Virus record (IMG/VR): IMGVR_UViG_3300048592_000244
Location: 32,001-96,000 of that record
Source: a virus
Length of the DNA: 64,000 nt
Reading direction: 5' to 3' (one strand)
Below, one piece after another: positions 9,500 through 17,317 of the stretch. Position numbers and translations under genes: made by a program. The notes under the pieces were generated by a model. The model searched no databases, was not told where the DNA came from, and saw nothing but the letters and a program-made list of their open reading frames with translations. How positions within the stretch are numbered: position 1 is the first letter of the stretch; each line of letters opens with the position of its first letter.

Positions 9500-9519
9500 C
9501 CGGGGGCTTCGGCCCCCGG
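9500..9519 (+). terminator. C(UUCG)G hairpin (stabiliser or weak terminator)
   Basis: CCGGGGGC-TTCG-GCCCCCGG; lacks a U-tract. Confidence 0.55.
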
Positions 9520-9539
9520 AGTTGTACTGAGGGAAATTC

Positions 9540-9692
9540 ATGCCGCTGCAATCTGGTAAATCCAAAGAGGCCATCAAGAACAACATCAGGAAACTGATGC
9601 ACGAGGGCTACCCGCAGAAGCAAGCGATAGCCATAGCTTTCAGCAACGCGGGGTTATCCCGCAAGAAGGACGGCAAGAAGAAGAAGGACTGA
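9540..9692 (+). CDS. 50-aa basic phage protein (MPLQSGKSKEAIKNNIRKLMHEGYPQKQAIAIAFSNAG...), not in ORF track
   Basis: Matches the common phage MPLKKGKS..IS.NI....G.PQKQAVAIA small-protein pattern; GAGG RBS. Confidence 0.8.
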   Translation: MPLQSGKSKEAIKNNIRKLMHEGYPQKQAIAIAFSNAGLSRKKDGKKKKD

Positions 9693-9693
9693 C

Positions 9694-10014
9694 ATGCTCT
9701 ACATCTTGATGATCCTACTTGAGACAGAAGCCTACTCCGGCCCGTGGGGTGAACTCACCGTGGGCGGTATTCTCATGGCTGGTCTGGTCGTGGTGTGGCG
9801 GGTGAACACCAAGATGGCCGAGCAGAATGAGAAGCTCCATGTCCGCATTGCGGAAATTCAGGAGGAGCGAGCCAAGGCTGCTGTGGTAGAAACCAAAGCC
9901 ATAACTGAGGCGCTCAATGCCAGCACCGAGGCCATGAAGTCTATGACCTCTGCTGTGAAGAATAACAACGCCCTGTTGGAAAGGCTCATCAATGCGCAAA
10001 ACAACGCTGCTTGA
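9694..10014 (+). CDS. single-TM coiled-coil membrane protein, holin/hemolysin-like
   Basis: TM segment GGILMAGLVVVWR followed by a coiled coil. Confidence 0.55.
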   Translation: MLYILMILLETEAYSGPWGELTVGGILMAGLVVVWRVNTKMAEQNEKLHVRIAEIQEERAKAAVVETKAITEALNASTEAMKSMTSAVKNNNALLERLINAQNNAA

Positions 10015-10228
10015 CCGGGTAGTGAAGTTTGTGACGGGCCGGACACCCGGACTGGCCAAGGAAAATGAGGCAACGTGCAAACGCTCCTCTGACCAGATTG
10101 ACGCGTCCGGCAAGGAACGATATAGCGCCAGCGTGAATTTCCGCAAGGCGCAGCACGAGTTGAAGGACGAGATCGACAAGAACGTGACGTTGAACGAGAG
10201 CGTGTTCATCAAGCCGCAGAAGGCGTAG
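9992..10228 (+). CDS. small hypothetical protein
   Basis: Overlaps the previous gene; typical codon bias. Confidence 0.6.
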   Translation: MRKTTLLDRVVKFVTGRTPGLAKENEATCKRSSDQIDASGKERYSASVNFRKAQHELKDEIDKNVTLNESVFIKPQKA

Positions 10229-10231
10229 TAC

Positions 10232-10690
10232 ATGGCCATGACGCCACAGGAGAGGAAGGAAGCTGCGCGGATCGAAGATGATCTGCGCAGTATGGCGTTG
10301 AGGATCAACGAGACCAAGCAGAAGATCGACGTAGCAGAGCAGGAAATTCGTGACTTGCAGAAGGCGATGAAGCCGAAGCAGGTGGCAGTACGACGCAGGC
10401 GGTTACAGGTGCTGTACGAGCGCCTGTCTGAAAAGAGCGTTACGAAGGCATCGACATCAGCGGCTCTTTCGGCAGCAGGCATGTCGAGTGTGGCATCAGA
10501 AATTGACGCGCTTGAGCGAGAGGTAGAATTGCTTGAGCGCATGAACACTAAGGAAATTCCCGGCAAGGTGCAGACCAAGCGAGCGCAGATACGTCTGGAA
10601 AAGCAGGTGCTGGAGCGGCTCTACTCGAAGATCAGGGAAAAGAGCAAACGCCTAGACCGGATCAAGCTGAAATTAGGAACAGAGGACTAA
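10232..10690 (+). CDS. basic coiled-coil protein
   Basis: Heptad-rich K/R/E sequence; tight gene packing. Confidence 0.7.
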   Translation: MAMTPQERKEAARIEDDLRSMALRINETKQKIDVAEQEIRDLQKAMKPKQVAVRRRRLQVLYERLSEKSVTKASTSAALSAAGMSSVASEIDALEREVELLERMNTKEIPGKVQTKRAQIRLEKQVLERLYSKIREKSKRLDRIKLKLGTED

Positions 10691-10692
10691 CC

Positions 10693-11127
10693 ATGAGCGC
10701 AGCATCTGAACTACGCGACGTACAGCGCAAACGCAGCGGGCTCAAGAAGCTGATCGCCGGGCACGTCCGTCTGGATAACCAAGGTCAGGCTGCTGAACTG
10801 GAGAAGGAATTCAACAAGCTCACCAATAAGATGCGTGAGCTTGAGCAGCAACTGCTTGAGGAGGAGCGCGAGGCAAAGGAGACAGCAGCACGCGTTGCCA
10901 AGGAAGCGGAAAAGAAAAAGAAGGACAAGAAGGCAGCCAACAATGAGTACGAGCGCCTGATGTCCAACGTCAAGGATGTCGAGGGCGCACTGTCTGACGT
11001 CCGCAAGGCCCTCTCCCGTGAGAAGGACGACAAGAAGAAGTCCAAGCTCTATCAGGAAGAAGGCAAGCTCAAGAAGCTGTGGTCCCGGCTGGTCATGGAG
11101 GCCAAGCACGCGAGGGACGGGAAATAA
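10693..11127 (+). CDS. highly charged coiled-coil protein
   Basis: GAGG RBS; K/E-rich helices. Confidence 0.7.
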   Translation: MSAASELRDVQRKRSGLKKLIAGHVRLDNQGQAAELEKEFNKLTNKMRELEQQLLEEEREAKETAARVAKEAEKKKKDKKAANNEYERLMSNVKDVEGALSDVRKALSREKDDKKKSKLYQEEGKLKKLWSRLVMEAKHARDGK

Positions 11128-11199
11128 TTCCTCGACACCTTTCAGCCTAAAGCTACCATCTCCGTGTTGCCCTGACGGCTCAGGGGGAAATTACCGGAG

Positions 11200-11523
11200 A
11201 TGAAGATGAAACGCACCACACTGTTCCTGCTCCTCGTGTTCACAGCCTGCCTCGCGGTGGGCTGCTCGAACATTCAGGTCCAGCAGGACGTTGCCGAGCA
11301 GAACGAAGTCAACGTCAACCAAGCGGCGGAAGACGTCGTGACGATGGCCGACCTGCTCGACCGCGCTGCCAAGGGCGACGAAACTTGGAAGGAGGAATGG
11401 GACGATCCGAACACGACCGACCCGGACCTCAAGGGAGCTATTCGCGGCTCCATCACGGCGAACATCGCTGGATGGAAAAAGACCGCGAAGGAAATTGTGG
11501 AGATCGCCAAACTCAGTGAGTAG
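11200..11523 (+). CDS. lipoprotein (possible spanin-like component)
   Basis: Signal peptide MKMKRTTLFLLLVFTAC-LAVGC lipobox, then helical body. Confidence 0.7.
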   Translation: MKMKRTTLFLLLVFTACLAVGCSNIQVQQDVAEQNEVNVNQAAEDVVTMADLLDRAAKGDETWKEEWDDPNTTDPDLKGAIRGSITANIAGWKKTAKEIVEIAKLSE

Positions 11524-11561
11524 CTGAGTAGCGACCACAGCGATTCTGAGGGAGAACCCAG

Positions 11562-12572
11562 ATGCCAGAGGACACGCCCAATGCAGAACAGCCAGAAGTC
11601 GCCGGAGCAGGAGGTGCGGGAGACGGTGAAGGAAGTCCGCCGCATCCAACAGAGCAGCCTGCCGGAGAGCAGCCTGCGCCTGACGCCGGAACAGGAAGCC
11701 CTGATTCGGGAGCAGATGGAGCAACCGACTCCGCAGCACCAGCCGGGGAGAGTGAACCCGGAGGCGTTGCCGGAGGAGGAACAGGAGGCGAGAGCCAGCC
11801 TGAACCGACGCCAGCGGAAGGCAGCGGACAAGAAGTTCCTGAAATCGCGGGGAGTGAAGAAACCCCGACTGCGGAAACTCCTGCGCCGGAATCCGCCCCG
11901 GTAGTTCCGCCGCCTCCACCGGCGACACCGCCCGTAGCAGCAGTGCCGACCGTGCCGATGGCGTCTGACGATCCGCGTAAGATGACCATGTTGGGTGCCG
12001 GACCCACGACACCTGATACACCACCGACCGAGGCACCATCCGACCCTACCACGCCGCCATCGTCCGACGTGCAGCCAGCGGTGGGGCTGCCTACCGAGAA
12101 CGAGAGCGACGAGAGCGATTCCGATGGTTTGAGTGACGAGGAAAAAAGCATCGGAGAAGAACTCACCGAACTCGGTGGCGAGGCGCTGGACAAGGCGAAG
12201 GAAATTGGGCGTGCCACGCTCAAGTCCGCGCTGAACGAGTCACGCGATTTCATCAAGACCGTGCTGAACAACAAGGACATGACCGAGGCGGAGAAGCACG
12301 AAGTCGCCCGGCTGTATCGCGCTGCCGAGAAGCACGCCCTGATGGGCAAGGTGGCCACAGCACACGCGATGGGCAAGCGTCTCGACAACTTCGTCAAGAG
12401 CAGCAGCAAGGTGCTCAAGAGCCAGAAGGCGCGGGCCTCACAGAATTATCTGACGGGCCTGCTCAAGCTCGCAACCGGCGCTGTGAGCACGTTCTTCGGT
12501 GCATTCGGCACCCCGCTGGTGGACAAGCTCACCGATATTGGCTTGAAAGCCACGGACGAGTTTTTACAGTAA
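11562..12572 (+). CDS. protein with long disordered P/E/G/A-rich N-terminus and helical, amphipathic C-terminus
   Basis: GGGAG RBS; C-terminal half shows normal codon bias. Confidence 0.7.
   Translation: MPEDTPNAEQPEVAGAGGAGDGEGSPPHPTEQPAGEQPAPDAGTGSPDSGADGATDSAAPAGESEPGGVAGGGTGGESQPEPTPAEGSGQEVPEIAGSEETPTAETPAPESAPVVPPPPPATPPVAAVPTVPMASDDPRKMTMLGAGPTTPDTPPTEAPSDPTTPPSSDVQPAVGLPTENESDESDSDGLSDEEKSIGEELTELGGEALDKAKEIGRATLKSALNESRDFIKTVLNNKDMTEAEKHEVARLYRAAEKHALMGKVATAHAMGKRLDNFVKSSSKVLKSQKARASQNYLTGLLKLATGAVSTFFGAFGTPLVDKLTDIGLKATDEFLQ
11581..11904 (+). CDS. candidate nested (+1 frame) 107-aa protein
   Basis: Own AGAGGA RBS; near-uniform G/C third positions; NRRQRKA basic motif. Confidence 0.45.
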   Translation: MQNSQKSPEQEVRETVKEVRRIQQSSLPESSLRLTPEQEALIREQMEQPTPQHQPGRVNPEALPEEEQEARASLNRRQRKAADKKFLKSRGVKKPRLRKLLRRNPPR

Positions 12573-12620
12573 GGGCACGGACAGGAAAGTGATGGGTTCG
12601 CTCCCTGCTTCCTCATGGCT

Positions 12621-12650
12621 AAGGACGGCTGCTCTCGGGCAGCCGTCTTT
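12621..12650 (+). terminator. intrinsic terminator
   Basis: GACGGCTGC-TCTCGG-GCAGCCGTC-TTT. Confidence 0.65.
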
Positions 12651-12651
12651 G

Positions 12652-12659
12652 CGTAGATA
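12652..12659 (+). promoter_or_regulatory. CGTAGATA putative late promoter element
   Basis: Immediately after the terminator, 25 nt before the holin ATG. Confidence 0.55.
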
Positions 12660-12676
12660 AGCCAAGGAGGCTTTAC

Positions 12677-12931
12677 ATGGACAAGCTCATCGAATTGGTT
12701 CCTGAGCGCCTGCGCTCACGCAAGCTGGCACTGACGTCGGTGCTGATGTACGTGCTCTCGCAACTACAGTCGTTCGGCATCGAGATTCCTGCGGAGACGC
12801 AGGCGTACTTGATCGCCGGTGCCGGTGGGCTCTACGTCACCGTGCAGGGTGTGCAGGACACGATTGAGAAGGCCATCAAGGCGTGGAAGGGCACGCCGAC
12901 CGAGCCAATCGTAGATACACCGGAAGGGTAG
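12677..12931 (+). CDS. holin (two-TM, SRK...Y...QG..D type)
   Basis: AAGGAGG RBS; LRSRKLAL + TM1, TM2 ending LYVTVQGVQD, the pattern of small phage holins. Confidence 0.7.
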   Translation: MDKLIELVPERLRSRKLALTSVLMYVLSQLQSFGIEIPAETQAYLIAGAGGLYVTVQGVQDTIEKAIKAWKGTPTEPIVDTPEG

Positions 12932-12960
12932 CCACGGCACTGCACTTCCAATCTCCTGAT

Positions 12961-12999
12961 GACCCCGTTGGGAGTCGGTCCCCAGCGGGGTCTTCTTCT
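12961..12999 (+). terminator. hairpin / weak terminator
   Basis: GACCCCGTTGGG pairs with CCCAGCGGGGTC, followed by TTCTTCT. Confidence 0.5.
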
Positions 13000-13012
13000 G
13001 TCTAGGGAGCAG

Positions 13013-13549
13013 ATGATGAAACGACTGGCACTGTTGCTCCTGCTGTTCCTCGCGGGATGCACGATACCTCTTTACGAGTCAAGAGACCGCGTGGGCATTG
13101 ACTTGTGGGGCTCGCCCACCGTCACTGAGGACAGCTACGAATTCCAGATGAAATTCGACTCGCCTACTGATGATCCTTACCTCATCCAGTGGATCGACGT
13201 AGGTCCGTACCACGGGGTGGAAGCATTCCGTGTGGTCGAGCCCTACAAGAGTCAGGTGGACACGCACTCAGTCAGCGAGACCAATTTCCAGCACAGGCGC
13301 ATCACCATCGCGCCGGGTGACATCGAAGGCGCTGATGAGACCTTCTGGGGGTTCTCCATGCTGCCCTCGCAGTGGCCTGACAACTTCAACGCGACCTACC
13401 GAGCCAACCACAACATTCAGGGCAGGGTCGTCTACCGCAAGCCTGAGCATGAGACTGTCTACTACCTGCACTTCGAGAACGGCGTCCTGACGTGGTGGAT
13501 AGAAGGCCACGAGGATGAAAAGCGGGAGTGGCGGGCAGAGGGAAAGTAG
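13013..13549 (+). CDS. lipoprotein, beta-rich
   Basis: AGGGAG RBS; MMKRLALLLLLF-LAGC lipobox. Confidence 0.8.
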   Translation: MMKRLALLLLLFLAGCTIPLYESRDRVGIDLWGSPTVTEDSYEFQMKFDSPTDDPYLIQWIDVGPYHGVEAFRVVEPYKSQVDTHSVSETNFQHRRITIAPGDIEGADETFWGFSMLPSQWPDNFNATYRANHNIQGRVVYRKPEHETVYYLHFENGVLTWWIEGHEDEKREWRAEGK

Positions 13550-13563
13550 GCTAATCTTTCCGC

Positions 13564-14883
13564 ATGGCACGCACGACAAGCACATCATTCAGCATCAACG
13601 ACGCAGGCACGTTCTTTGCCAACAAGTCGCTGCTGCTCGATCTCCAGAAGTTCCAGCAGGAGGTTGAGGAAGACCCCAACAAGTACAACCGGGGCGTACT
13701 GCTTGGATTCCAGACACAGTTCGACATCTATGGCACCGGGGAGTTCGACCGGATGTACGCGGCGATGGTGCAGCGGGACTTCGGTGACACGCTGGACGGC
13801 AGGCAGGAAAGAATGCTGGCAGCCATGCTGGACCGCCATAAGGGCCTCTGGACGCAGGCGATCACGAAAGCCTTTTCTGTGGCCGCCAACAGCGTAGAAG
13901 GCAGGACACAGTTCGGTCAGCCGACCATCCTCCAGCGCATTGTCAATTTCTTCACTCAAGAAGACCGACAGCAATCATCGCTGGGCTTCTTCGTGGATGA
14001 GCATGATCGTGTGTTCAGCACACGGAAGCTGGCTACTGCCGCAGCCGAGGAAACGACGATCACGGTGAAAATGTCCGCACTGGATTGGGTGCTCGACGCC
14101 AAGGTGATGATAATTGAGGTGCCGGGCGAGCCGGACAAGTACGTCACTCCGCGTCAGTTGATTCGGCTGGTGGACACAGGCCAGTACCCAGAGAACGACG
14201 TGCAGAATCACGTGAACAGAACTGCACGCGCCAACTTGAATTTCCCCATTATCATCAGCAAGTGGGGGACTGTAGACGCGACTGTTGTGGATGGAATTCA
14301 CCGCATACTCAAAGCCCACCTTCTCGGACGGCGTACCATCAAGGCGCAGGTCTTGCGCGGGGGCGTACCGGAGTCTGCTACAGCAGTGCGATTCAAGATA
14401 CCCACCGAGGCACAGATGAAGCCGCAGCTACTCGGTGTTGCTCGCGCAGCCACACAGGGGAGCAGTAAACGTATCTTCAAACAGCGGTTGGCACCCTTCG
14501 TCCAGATGCTTTACAAGACGATGGGCATGAATTTCCGCAGGGACTTCGAGATCATGGTGGCCCGGTTTGCTGTCAGCCAGAAGGGCGGCGAACAGCTATT
14601 CCTCATCAACAGCCACGTCTCGCAGGTTAGCAGCAAGACATGCAGATTATGCGCAGGGAGGGTTTTCACCCGTGAATCTCTACGCTATGCTGCGCAGGAG
14701 TTGTCACCGAATCTTTTCCACCCGAACTGTGTTCACTACGTCGTCAGGTCTTTTCAGGAAACGACCGAGACCTACGACGGCAAGCAGGGCGCGGTTGTCA
14801 CGATGCAGGAGATCGGCAGGTGGATTTCATCCGGCAGGACGAAGAAGGCAAAGCGTCAGGCCCCGGTAAGCATAAACGTCTAA
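13564..14883 (+). CDS. MuF/SPP1 gp7-like minor head protein with inserted ParB/Srx-like domain
   Basis: C-terminal TCRLC.GRVF...FHPNCVH (MuF Cys/His motif); internal ANLNFPIII...VVDGIHRILKAHLLGRRTIKA (ParB-like); position before scaffold. Confidence 0.75.
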   Translation: MARTTSTSFSINDAGTFFANKSLLLDLQKFQQEVEEDPNKYNRGVLLGFQTQFDIYGTGEFDRMYAAMVQRDFGDTLDGRQERMLAAMLDRHKGLWTQAITKAFSVAANSVEGRTQFGQPTILQRIVNFFTQEDRQQSSLGFFVDEHDRVFSTRKLATAAAEETTITVKMSALDWVLDAKVMIIEVPGEPDKYVTPRQLIRLVDTGQYPENDVQNHVNRTARANLNFPIIISKWGTVDATVVDGIHRILKAHLLGRRTIKAQVLRGGVPESATAVRFKIPTEAQMKPQLLGVARAATQGSSKRIFKQRLAPFVQMLYKTMGMNFRRDFEIMVARFAVSQKGGEQLFLINSHVSQVSSKTCRLCAGRVFTRESLRYAAQELSPNLFHPNCVHYVVRSFQETTETYDGKQGAVVTMQEIGRWISSGRTKKAKRQAPVSINV

Positions 14884-14895
14884 GGAGATTGGATC

Positions 14896-16053
14896 ATGGC
14901 AGGAGCAGCGCAACAGCCGCAAGGCCAGCCGGTGGCGACCGACCCCACCAAGGCACAGGACGGCCAGATTTTCAAAGGTGGTGATGTCAAGGGCGAGGGC
15001 TACGACGACTTCGACAAAGCCCGCGAGGGCATGAACCAGAAGCTGCGTCAGAAGCAGGAAGCAGACGCCGCTGCTGAACAGGCCAAGATCGCGGAGGGCC
15101 AGACAAAGGCCAAGATCGAGGGCAAGGCCGCAGCCATCGTCGAAGGCATCGACATCAACGCCATCGCTGATGAGGTGGATGCTGATTTCAAGATGGCGGA
15201 AAAGATTCGCGCCTTCCGCAAGCTGTCGCCGGAAAATGAGCAGAAGCTCGCGGCCATTTCCAAAAGTGTCCAGCAGCGCCGACAGGAGCGCATTGACAAG
15301 TTGCTCAACGACCCTGATATGAACAGCGATCTTGACAATGCGCTGGACGCCGCTGGTGCCCAACCGCCGACGCAGCCGCAGAAGCCTGCTGGTCAGCAGG
15401 AGCCTGCCGGGCAACAGGCACCGGCAGAAGGTACGCCACAGGCACAGCCCGGCCAGCAGCCCCCGGTACAGCAGCCCGATCAGCAACTGGACATCAACCA
15501 GTTGTTGGACAGCAAGTTGGCCGGTGTGCGCAAGGAACTGGAAGACAAGATCAAGAAGACGAACAACGAGCTTGAGCAGGAGCGCATCCGCCGCCAAGAA
15601 GCTGAAAACAAGATGAAGGAAATGAAGCAGGCGGAAGAAAATCGTGTCCAGCAGGAAGTACGCACGAATTTCAACAGCAATGCTGGCAAGCTGGGTATCC
15701 CCGAAGACCTGCTTGACGTAGCCTTTGGCAAGGCACGCGACATTGTGAACGCCAACCAGCGCCAGATGTCGTGGGACGACATTTTCGCTGCCATGAAGAC
15801 GCAATTCCCGTCGCTTTTTCGCGGCAAGCAGGCCACGGCCCCAGCCGAGGGCGGTGGAAACGCTGGCGCAGACGCTGGCGAGGCGGCGAAGAAAGTCACT
15901 GTGAAGGCCGGAACCGGCACCGGCGCAGGTGGAGCAGGCCCCAAAAATCCGCCCCCGGCAGCAGGCGGAAAGAAGGAGCATGATTCCTTCGACGAAGCCA
16001 AGAAAGCCCTGAGCAAGCGGGCGGAGCAGATGGCAGCAGGTGGTGGGGGATAA
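14896..16053 (+). CDS. capsid scaffolding protein
   Basis: AAGGAG RBS; Q/P-rich linker, coiled coil, FPSLF motif and Gly-rich tail; immediately before the major capsid gene. Confidence 0.8.
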   Translation: MAGAAQQPQGQPVATDPTKAQDGQIFKGGDVKGEGYDDFDKAREGMNQKLRQKQEADAAAEQAKIAEGQTKAKIEGKAAAIVEGIDINAIADEVDADFKMAEKIRAFRKLSPENEQKLAAISKSVQQRRQERIDKLLNDPDMNSDLDNALDAAGAQPPTQPQKPAGQQEPAGQQAPAEGTPQAQPGQQPPVQQPDQQLDINQLLDSKLAGVRKELEDKIKKTNNELEQERIRRQEAENKMKEMKQAEENRVQQEVRTNFNSNAGKLGIPEDLLDVAFGKARDIVNANQRQMSWDDIFAAMKTQFPSLFRGKQATAPAEGGGNAGADAGEAAKKVTVKAGTGTGAGGAGPKNPPPAAGGKKEHDSFDEAKKALSKRAEQMAAGGGG

Positions 16054-16081
16054 TTTCGGCCTGACACCCATCGAATAAATT

Positions 16082-16128
16082 CCAGCGGTATTTCTCCCAC
16101 AGGGGTTGAAATACCGCTGGTTTCTTTT
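16082..16128 (+). terminator. strong terminator-like hairpin between scaffold and major capsid genes
   Basis: 13-bp perfect stem CCAGCGGTATTTC/GAAATACCGCTGG followed by TTTCTTTT. Confidence 0.65.
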
Positions 16129-16196
16129 CCATGCTCAGGGGGCACCGCAGTAACCCCGCTCTGTGCGGGAAATTGTTTTCGGACTAGGAGTAACAC

Positions 16197-17198
16197 ATGC
16201 CCGGCGTAGCAGGCTTCAATTTCGCTGACGCCGCCGTCATGGTGAAAGAGGAGTTCGAGTCCACGTTCTACCGGACTTTCGTCCGCAACAACGTGTTCAT
16301 GGAACTGCTCAACCCCACTCGTGAGGAGTACGTCGAAAAGGACATCCGCTGGAAGCTCTACTACAGCGGAAACCCTGCGGCGGGCTCGTACAGCGAGGAC
16401 GGCGACATTGGCATCAACCGCACCGACCTTGGTGAGCGTTTCACCACGGCCCAGCTTGACTGGAAGCTGAACGGTGTGCCGATCAAAGTGAGCGGTCTGG
16501 CGCAGGCCATCACCCAGAGCCCCAAGGCGATCATCGACGCCGTGGGGGAAAACACCGAGCAGGCCCTCAAGCAGTTGCAGGCGAACATGAACCTGCAACT
16601 CCTGAGCGACGGCGCTGGCAACCTGAACGGCGTCAACCCGGCCCTCAACGCCGGTCTTGACATCACCGGAATTCAGGCGGCCATCGACGACGGTGGTGAC
16701 GTAGCGATCTACGGTGGCATCGACCGCACCGTGGACGTCTACTGGCAGAGCTTCGTGCTCCGCAATCCACTGGCCCCCGGCACCCCGCGCCCGCTGACCG
16801 AAGCACTGATGCACCAAGTGATGAACGAGCTTCGTCAGGTGCGTCAGGGCCGCGTCACGCACATCCTGTGCAGCCCGAACGTCTTCACGCAGTACGGTCT
16901 CCTGCTTCAAGGCGACCGTCGCTACCCGCTTACGGGCGGTGGCGCGAACCGCTATGTCGGCGGTTTCGAGGCGTTGAAGTTCGACGACGTTGCACTGGTG
17001 AGCGTTCCTCTCTACGAGGAAGGCCGCATGGACTTCGTGGACATGGACCTGTTGAAGTACAAGATTCTCTTGGACTTCACCATTTCCCCGCGTGACGCAG
17101 GCATCCGCGATGCCAACGTCATGCACGCGAAGACCTACAGCCAGTTCCAGTGCAAGAACAGCTTCGTCATGGGAAGCATCCGCGACCTGATCGTCTAG
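16197..17198 (+). CDS. major capsid protein (HK97 fold)
   Basis: 333 aa, strongest codon bias; YSEDGDI, LSDGAGN...ITGIQAAID..YGGIDR...W, THILCSPNVF..Y motifs; AGGAG RBS; followed by a terminator. Confidence 0.9.
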   Translation: MPGVAGFNFADAAVMVKEEFESTFYRTFVRNNVFMELLNPTREEYVEKDIRWKLYYSGNPAAGSYSEDGDIGINRTDLGERFTTAQLDWKLNGVPIKVSGLAQAITQSPKAIIDAVGENTEQALKQLQANMNLQLLSDGAGNLNGVNPALNAGLDITGIQAAIDDGGDVAIYGGIDRTVDVYWQSFVLRNPLAPGTPRPLTEALMHQVMNELRQVRQGRVTHILCSPNVFTQYGLLLQGDRRYPLTGGGANRYVGGFEALKFDDVALVSVPLYEEGRMDFVDMDLLKYKILLDFTISPRDAGIRDANVMHAKTYSQFQCKNSFVMGSIRDLIV

Positions 17199-17229
17199 TA
17201 GAGCAGGCGGTCTGACAAGCTAGGAAAAG

Positions 17230-17263
17230 AGGGCCGTCCTTCGGGGCGGCCCTTGCATTATTT
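17230..17263 (+). terminator. terminator after the major capsid gene
   Basis: AGGGCCGTCC-TTCG-GGGCGGCCCT then an AT-rich tail. Confidence 0.7.
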
Positions 17264-17317
17264 ATGATGCAAACCACAATGAGGGCCTTGGTTTGAATTT
17301 CTCACAGGAGATGGAAA

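Noticed and set aside
15480-17126. 548-aa minus-strand ORF and other long antisense ORFs (e.g. 5920-6915, 20756-21658, 43178-44563, 60322-61260)
   Set aside because: They are antisense shadows of GC3-biased genes, with no RBS or motifs and the typical V/D/L/H/E-rich shadow composition.
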